NCBI GenBank assembly: GCA_000432595.1
Contig: HF996867.1
Coordinates: forward strand, 1,551-65,550
Length of the DNA stretch: 64,000 bases
Source: Clostridium sp. CAG:710
Lineage (GTDB): Bacteria; Bacillota_I; Bacilli_A; RF39; UBA660
Reading direction: 5' to 3'
Made by a program: the position numbers and the translations under genes. Positions 58,897-64,000 of the stretch are shown here, piece after piece (positions within the stretch are counted from its first letter, which is position 1; each line of letters begins with the position of its first letter). Below the pieces are notes generated by a model. It did no database searches, was not told where the DNA came from, and saw nothing but the letters and a program-made list of their open reading frames with translations.

Positions 58897-60885
58897 ATGG
58901 ATAACGTTAATTTAAATAAAGACATAAATTATTTTTTGAATTTAGATTATGACCAACTAGTAAAATATTTGCTAACTGCTCCAACCGAAGAAAAAAAGCT
59001 AATTCTAAAAAATCAAGAAATAAAGAGAAAGTTAATATCTCCAGAAAATAGGCATGAATTTTCATGGCTAGCACAAGAAAATAGTAAAGATATTATTCCA
59101 TATCTATTGGATGGAGAGGGCATTGAAATATTAAAGGAAAGCGAATATTTAATTGATAAGATGAATGCAATTTTAACAAGCAACGCAATATATGTTGATA
59201 CAATAGTCAGTTTTAAAGCATTTCAAAAAATAATATTTGATAATTTTGACGAATTAAAAGATTACTTGTATGTATTAACACCTGTTAGTGGACAATATTT
59301 AATTAAAACCGCAGAAAAGCAAAATTTTAATTTGATGGAACTAATTTCAAAATTTTCACAACAAACCCAGACTGAAGTATTAAAAACTCAGGAATTATCA
59401 AATGAAGATTATTGGGAAATGATATCATATGCATATGAAGAAACCGCCTCAATGTTATTAGAAGAAAAATCAGTAGGTAAGAGTTTAACAAATATAAGAC
59501 TACCGATAATAGAAACAATTGCATCGAAAGATATAAAATTACCTTATCAAATACTAGAAGAACCAGAGTTTATTAAAAGAATAAGTGAAATCACAGATGT
59601 AAAAACTTATAGATTTCTAGTAAATGATTTAGAAAAGTCAAATGATGTTGAAAAGCTAGAAAAAGCACGTGAAAAGTATTACGAAAATCAAATAAATAGT
59701 TTTAATAAAAAAAGTGGAATGCTTAAAGTATATGAATCTCTTTATGAAAAGTTAGCTTCAATGGAAGAAATAAATCCATTCTCACTTATGCAAACAGCAC
59801 GAGAAATATTTAAAGATGCAAGCGATGATGAAATATTTAACTTGTTAAATCAAATAAATAAACTAAATCTAGAAAGCGGATTAAATGGAATAAAAGAAAT
59901 TTTAAAAGAGAAAAGTAACATCATGCTTGGTAATATGATTATTGACTGCCATTTCAAAGATTATTATCTTAATGTTTTAAAAGATGTAAAACAACTTTGT
60001 AATTTTGATGTGCTTGGTGGAAATGTACTAAGTAATGATAAAATAGAAATCTATAAAAAAATCATTGAAATAAATAACCTTTCATATGAAGAAAAGCTAG
60101 AACTTAATACGAAGTTAGGCAAGAAAAATTATGTGGAAAAGTTCTACAATGATGTTAGAAATTCAAGAAATAAGATGTATTCATTAATACGTGAAGAAAT
60201 ATTAAATGAGGATAAAATAAGTAAATATTTAGACAAAGAAGAAACTGACAAATTTGGAGTAAATATTTATAGACTAGAAGGAGAACCATTTTTTGCTTTA
60301 GTAAAATCATTTTCAATAAATAAAGCATTTGAATTATCATCAGGAGATATCCATTCATATAAGGATTCTGGATCTTTTTCAATAGATGCCTCTAATAAAT
60401 TAAGAACATTTCATGATCCTAAAGATAACTATAATTTAATATTTAATAATTTTAATATAGATCAAGTTGTTCATATGTTCCCGGTAGATTCATTTAGTGG
60501 ATATACAAGGGGAGAAAAAGCAACAGATAGAGTAATAGAACTTCTAACCCCAAAAGAATTTACAGGAAGAAGTAGAAATTATAATGAAGTCATAATCGCG
60601 CAAAAAAACATAGGCAAGCCAAGCGATATGGATGATAGATTACCACTTCCTAAACCATTCGCAATATACTGCTACGATGAAATAGGACCAAATGATATAG
60701 AAAGTGCAAAAAACCTTGGAATTGGAATAGTAGTAGTAAACACCAAAAAATATAATATTGAAAAAAACGATTCACAAATATCTATGTTTGACACAATGTC
60801 ATCTGGAAAGTATAATTACGATTTTAAATATGTAGATAATAAATCTCAAGCCGTGCTAGTGGAAAGCCAGGCAAATAGAAAATAA
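58897..60885 (+). CDS. large hypothetical protein (662 aa), no recognisable motif
   Basis: long uninterrupted ORF with RBS ggaga; flanked by terminators. Confidence 0.4.
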   Translation: MDNVNLNKDINYFLNLDYDQLVKYLLTAPTEEKKLILKNQEIKRKLISPENRHEFSWLAQENSKDIIPYLLDGEGIEILKESEYLIDKMNAILTSNAIYVDTIVSFKAFQKIIFDNFDELKDYLYVLTPVSGQYLIKTAEKQNFNLMELISKFSQQTQTEVLKTQELSNEDYWEMISYAYEETASMLLEEKSVGKSLTNIRLPIIETIASKDIKLPYQILEEPEFIKRISEITDVKTYRFLVNDLEKSNDVEKLEKAREKYYENQINSFNKKSGMLKVYESLYEKLASMEEINPFSLMQTAREIFKDASDDEIFNLLNQINKLNLESGLNGIKEILKEKSNIMLGNMIIDCHFKDYYLNVLKDVKQLCNFDVLGGNVLSNDKIEIYKKIIEINNLSYEEKLELNTKLGKKNYVEKFYNDVRNSRNKMYSLIREEILNEDKISKYLDKEETDKFGVNIYRLEGEPFFALVKSFSINKAFELSSGDIHSYKDSGSFSIDASNKLRTFHDPKDNYNLIFNNFNIDQVVHMFPVDSFSGYTRGEKATDRVIELLTPKEFTGRSRNYNEVIIAQKNIGKPSDMDDRLPLPKPFAIYCYDEIGPNDIESAKNLGIGIVVVNTKKYNIEKNDSQISMFDTMSSGKYNYDFKYVDNKSQAVLVESQANRK

Positions 60886-60888
60886 TAA

Positions 60889-60912
60889 TAGTGCAATTAA
60901 GCACTATTTTTT
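60889..60912 (+). terminator. rho-independent terminator
   Basis: hairpin tagtgcaattaagcacta + T-run. Confidence 0.6.
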
Positions 60913-61020
60913 GGTTGAAAACAAAATCATGTCTACATTATGTTTCATATTTTATTATAGGGAGGTGTAAGTATATAATAACTATTAAATAATTTAATGG
61001 TTAAATACTAAGATGAGGAA

Positions 61021-62100
61021 ATGAATAAAAAGAGAAAAGTTGTTGTGTATGCAATTTCCAAAAACGAAGAGAAATTTGTAGATAGATGGTATGAAAGTAT
61101 GAAAGAAGCTGATGCTATATATGTTCTAGATACTGGTTCAACTGATAAAACTGTAGAAAAGTTAAAAAAACATGGAGTACACGTTGTAAAAAAGAAAATA
61201 GATCCTTGGAGATTTGATAGTGCAAGAAATGAGTCATTAAAAATTATTCCAAACAAATATGATATATATGTATGTACTGATTTAGATGAAGTGTTTTTAA
61301 CAGGATGGAGAGATTCGCTTCTTAAAAATTGGCAAGATGATACAACAAGAGCAAGATATAACTATAATTGGCAATTAGATGAAAATGGACACCCATTAGT
61401 AAATTTTTATCTAGATAAAATTCATATAAGAGAAGACTATAAATGGATTCATCCAGTACATGAGGTATTAACAACCACAAAAAAGGAAAACTTTGTAACA
61501 ATAGATGATATTACACTAAATCATTATCCAGATACTAATAAAAGTAGAAAAAGTTATTTAAAACTTTTAGAAATATCCGTAAGAGAAAACCCACTAGATG
61601 ATAGAAACATGCATTATTTAGGAAGAGAGTATATGTATTACGGAAAATGGAATGAATGTATTGATACACTAATAAAACATTTAAATATGAAAAGTGCCAC
61701 TTGGAAAGATGAAAGATGTGCATCAATGAGATTTATCGCAAGAGCATATAAAAATCTAGAAAGAATAGAAGAATCAAGAATGTGGCTTGATAAGGCAATA
61801 AGTGAAGCACCATATCTAAGAGAACCATGGATAGAGAAAGGAATACTAGAATATGAAACAGAAAACTATAAAGATGCAATCTACTATTTAGAAAATGCTC
61901 TAAAAATAAAGTCACATACTAAAACATATATAAATGAAAAATTTAGTTGGGATGAAACACCATATGATGTGTTATCTATTTGTTATTTCAATATAAAAAA
62001 TTACACTAAATCTCTAGAAAACATAAATAAAGCATTAATATTAAATCCAAAAAACGAAAGAATTATAAAGAATAAAGAAATAGTAAAAAATATGATATAA
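61021..62100 (+). CDS. glycosyltransferase family 2 domain fused to C-terminal TPR repeats
   Basis: N-terminal GT-A pattern VVVYAISKNEEKFV...YVLDTGSTD...CTDLDE (DxD); C-terminal TPR-like repeats. Confidence 0.6.
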   Translation: MNKKRKVVVYAISKNEEKFVDRWYESMKEADAIYVLDTGSTDKTVEKLKKHGVHVVKKKIDPWRFDSARNESLKIIPNKYDIYVCTDLDEVFLTGWRDSLLKNWQDDTTRARYNYNWQLDENGHPLVNFYLDKIHIREDYKWIHPVHEVLTTTKKENFVTIDDITLNHYPDTNKSRKSYLKLLEISVRENPLDDRNMHYLGREYMYYGKWNECIDTLIKHLNMKSATWKDERCASMRFIARAYKNLERIEESRMWLDKAISEAPYLREPWIEKGILEYETENYKDAIYYLENALKIKSHTKTYINEKFSWDETPYDVLSICYFNIKNYTKSLENINKALILNPKNERIIKNKEIVKNMI

Positions 62101-62117
62101 TAACATTAGGTGGTAAT

Positions 62118-62660
62118 ATGAATAGATGTACTTGGTGTAATATGAAAAATCCCATTTATATTAGTTACCATGACAATGAATGGGGAATATTAAATACTTG
62201 TGAAAAATATTTATACGAAATGTTAATACTTGAATCGTTTCAAGCAGGATTATCATGGGAGTGCATTTTAAATAAAAGAGAAGCTTTTAGAAAAGCATAT
62301 GATAACTTTGATATAAATAAAGTTATTAACTATAACGATACCAAAATAGAAGAATTATTAAAAAATAAAGAAATCATAAGAAATAAGTTAAAAATAAAAG
62401 CAAGCATAAATAACTCAAAAATATTTAAAAATATTCAAAAAGAATATGGATGTTTTAGTAATTATTTAAATACTTTTACAAAAGGAAAAATAATATATGA
62501 TTCAATATCAACTACATCAGATTTATCTAATGAAATATCAAAAGATTTGACCAAAAGAGGAATGAAATTCACAGGGTCAACAATAATTTATTCATATCTA
62601 CAAGCAATAGGAATTATAAACTCACACGAAAAAGAATGCTTTTTATATAAAAAGTGTTGA
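62118..62660 (+). CDS. tag: DNA-3-methyladenine glycosylase I
   Basis: CTWC...YHDNEWG Zn-binding/Tag signature and LILESFQAGLSW. Confidence 0.8.
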   Translation: MNRCTWCNMKNPIYISYHDNEWGILNTCEKYLYEMLILESFQAGLSWECILNKREAFRKAYDNFDINKVINYNDTKIEELLKNKEIIRNKLKIKASINNSKIFKNIQKEYGCFSNYLNTFTKGKIIYDSISTTSDLSNEISKDLTKRGMKFTGSTIIYSYLQAIGIINSHEKECFLYKKC

Positions 62661-62708
62661 CTCTCCCCTTAAGTGTAGTGATATAAAGATATCGAAAGGA
62701 GAAATAAT

Positions 62709-63857
62709 ATGTATAGAATTGGAGAATTTTCTTATTTATGTAGTATGAGCATTAAGACACTAAGGTACTATGACAAGATAGGGGTCTTAATTCCGGCAAG
62801 TGTAGATGAACTAACTGGTTATAGGTACTATGATATAGATCAATTAGAACAAGTACAAAAAATAAAGAGCCTTCAAGAGGCATCATTTACACTTGAAGAG
62901 ATAAAAGCTATATTAAAAGAAAAAAATACCGAAATACTTTTATCAAAAGAAAAGCAAATAAGAAAAGAAGAACTTAATAAAATACAGAAAATCAATAAAA
63001 TGAAAAAAGAATTAAATAACGAAGAAGTAGAGGTACTAGAAAACCCTAATCTTTATATTACAGGGGACTTTAAAAAACTTAAAAGCTATAATAACTTTGA
63101 TGAAGAAGTAGAAAAACTAAACATAAATTATCATGATAATAACTGGAAAAAAGTATTTGTAAATCTTGAAGAAGGATATAAAGAAGAAAATATAAAATGC
63201 TTTATAGGAAAACTAATCAGCAAGGAAGATGAAATCTCTTACTTAAGTAGTTTATATAATAATTTAAAAGAAGAAACATTAAATGAAAAATTAGACATAA
63301 ATAAAATCAATAAATATCCATTAATATATGATACAAAAGAGTATAATAAATATTTATATATAGTAACAAAAAATAGAATAGATGGATATAGAAAGCTAAT
63401 TAATTATGCCAAAGAAAACAACTACCAAATAGATGAGGCATTTATAGAGGTTGAAAATAATGAAATAAAAGAAATATATGTAGGAGTAATAGATACAAAA
63501 GAAGAAAATATTGATTATAAAAGATTTTATGAACAAACACTAAAAAATCTAAAAGATATTCATGAAGATAAATATGTAGGTAAATGGATATTAGTTGGTG
63601 AAATAAAAAGAAAATATTCTACTATATTTAAAGATGAAGAACTATTACAAGCTAATGAACAAGCAGTAGAACTTATAATAAATAGAGATGGTACAACTAA
63701 TATAGATAACATTATCTGGAAAGGTTCATACTTAATTAAAGACAATACTAACTATATGAAAATGACTGTAAATGATGAATACTTAGATATATTAGTAAGT
63801 GATAATCCACTATATAAATCTATACCACATGAATATAGATATAAAAAAGAAGGCTAG
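62709..63857 (+). CDS. MerR family transcriptional regulator with large C-terminal effector domain
   Basis: MerR HTH YRIGEFSYLCSMSIKTLRYYDKIGVL; paralogous N-terminus to 21890-22588. Confidence 0.65.
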   Translation: MYRIGEFSYLCSMSIKTLRYYDKIGVLIPASVDELTGYRYYDIDQLEQVQKIKSLQEASFTLEEIKAILKEKNTEILLSKEKQIRKEELNKIQKINKMKKELNNEEVEVLENPNLYITGDFKKLKSYNNFDEEVEKLNINYHDNNWKKVFVNLEEGYKEENIKCFIGKLISKEDEISYLSSLYNNLKEETLNEKLDINKINKYPLIYDTKEYNKYLYIVTKNRIDGYRKLINYAKENNYQIDEAFIEVENNEIKEIYVGVIDTKEENIDYKRFYEQTLKNLKDIHEDKYVGKWILVGEIKRKYSTIFKDEELLQANEQAVELIINRDGTTNIDNIIWKGSYLIKDNTNYMKMTVNDEYLDILVSDNPLYKSIPHEYRYKKEG

Positions 63858-63939
63858 TCCTTCTTTTTATGTGGAGTAAATACTTGAAAAATGATGAACT
63901 TTATGTTAGTATATGAAGCTAACTAAGAGGGGGATTAAC

Positions 63940-64000
63940 ATGAAAAACGTGTCAATTGATGAAATATATACAAAATATATAAATGGATCAAGCGTTGAAG
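63940..64000 (+). CDS. 5' end of an ORF truncated by window edge
   Basis: gagggg RBS then ATG 63940; partial. Confidence 0.3.
   Translation, partial: MKNVSIDEIYTKYINGSSVE

Overview
This is a 64 kb, very AT-rich (about 28% GC) chromosomal window from a low-GC Firmicute (Clostridia/Bacilli-like). It is almost certainly an endospore former, because the window carries GerE, SpoIIIAH-like, YunB, YutD, YutH/CotS-like and GerMN-domain genes. Most genes are on the + strand. The housekeeping content is: an ABC-F ATPase, RmuC, Tex, TrpRS, AsnRS with a T-box leader, ArgRS, three pseudouridine synthases and a methyltransferase, a rubredoxin-fused [FeFe] hydrogenase next to rubrerythrin, and cell-wall enzymes (3D-domain protein, polysaccharide deacetylase, S11 and M15 D-Ala-D-Ala carboxypeptidases). 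There are 13 tRNA genes: one lone tRNA-Arg(TCT) and two promoter-driven clusters flanking the M15 peptidase gene. The most unusual region is 41.9-51.8 kb. It holds three paralogous TasA/camelysin-like secreted proteins with a shared N-terminal motif; one is a 530-aa giant with C-terminal Gly-rich GLUG-like repeats. Next to them is a SipW-type (archaeal-type, SxSMxP...KGDNN) signal peptidase whose N-terminus is fused to a ~270-aa polytopic membrane domain. The same region has an unknown membrane protein, a convergent SinR-like XRE regulator, a frameshifted receiver-domain/Cys-rich-repeat remnant and an orphan histidine kinase. This looks like a TasA/SipW-type extracellular fibre locus with a non-canonical peptidase architecture. 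Other notable items: a GerE orthologue with no canonical start codon (it appears to initiate at ATT); a G10 homopolymer inside the deacetylase gene; an orphan 545-aa type IV pilin-like protein; a Fic protein; a divergent sigma-like gene whose promoter is overlapped by a perfect palindrome; and a Cys-less membrane-anchored PTS-EIIB-like protein. No CRISPR array, rRNA, transposase or integrase was found. All functional calls rest on motif recognition by eye; no database search was run.
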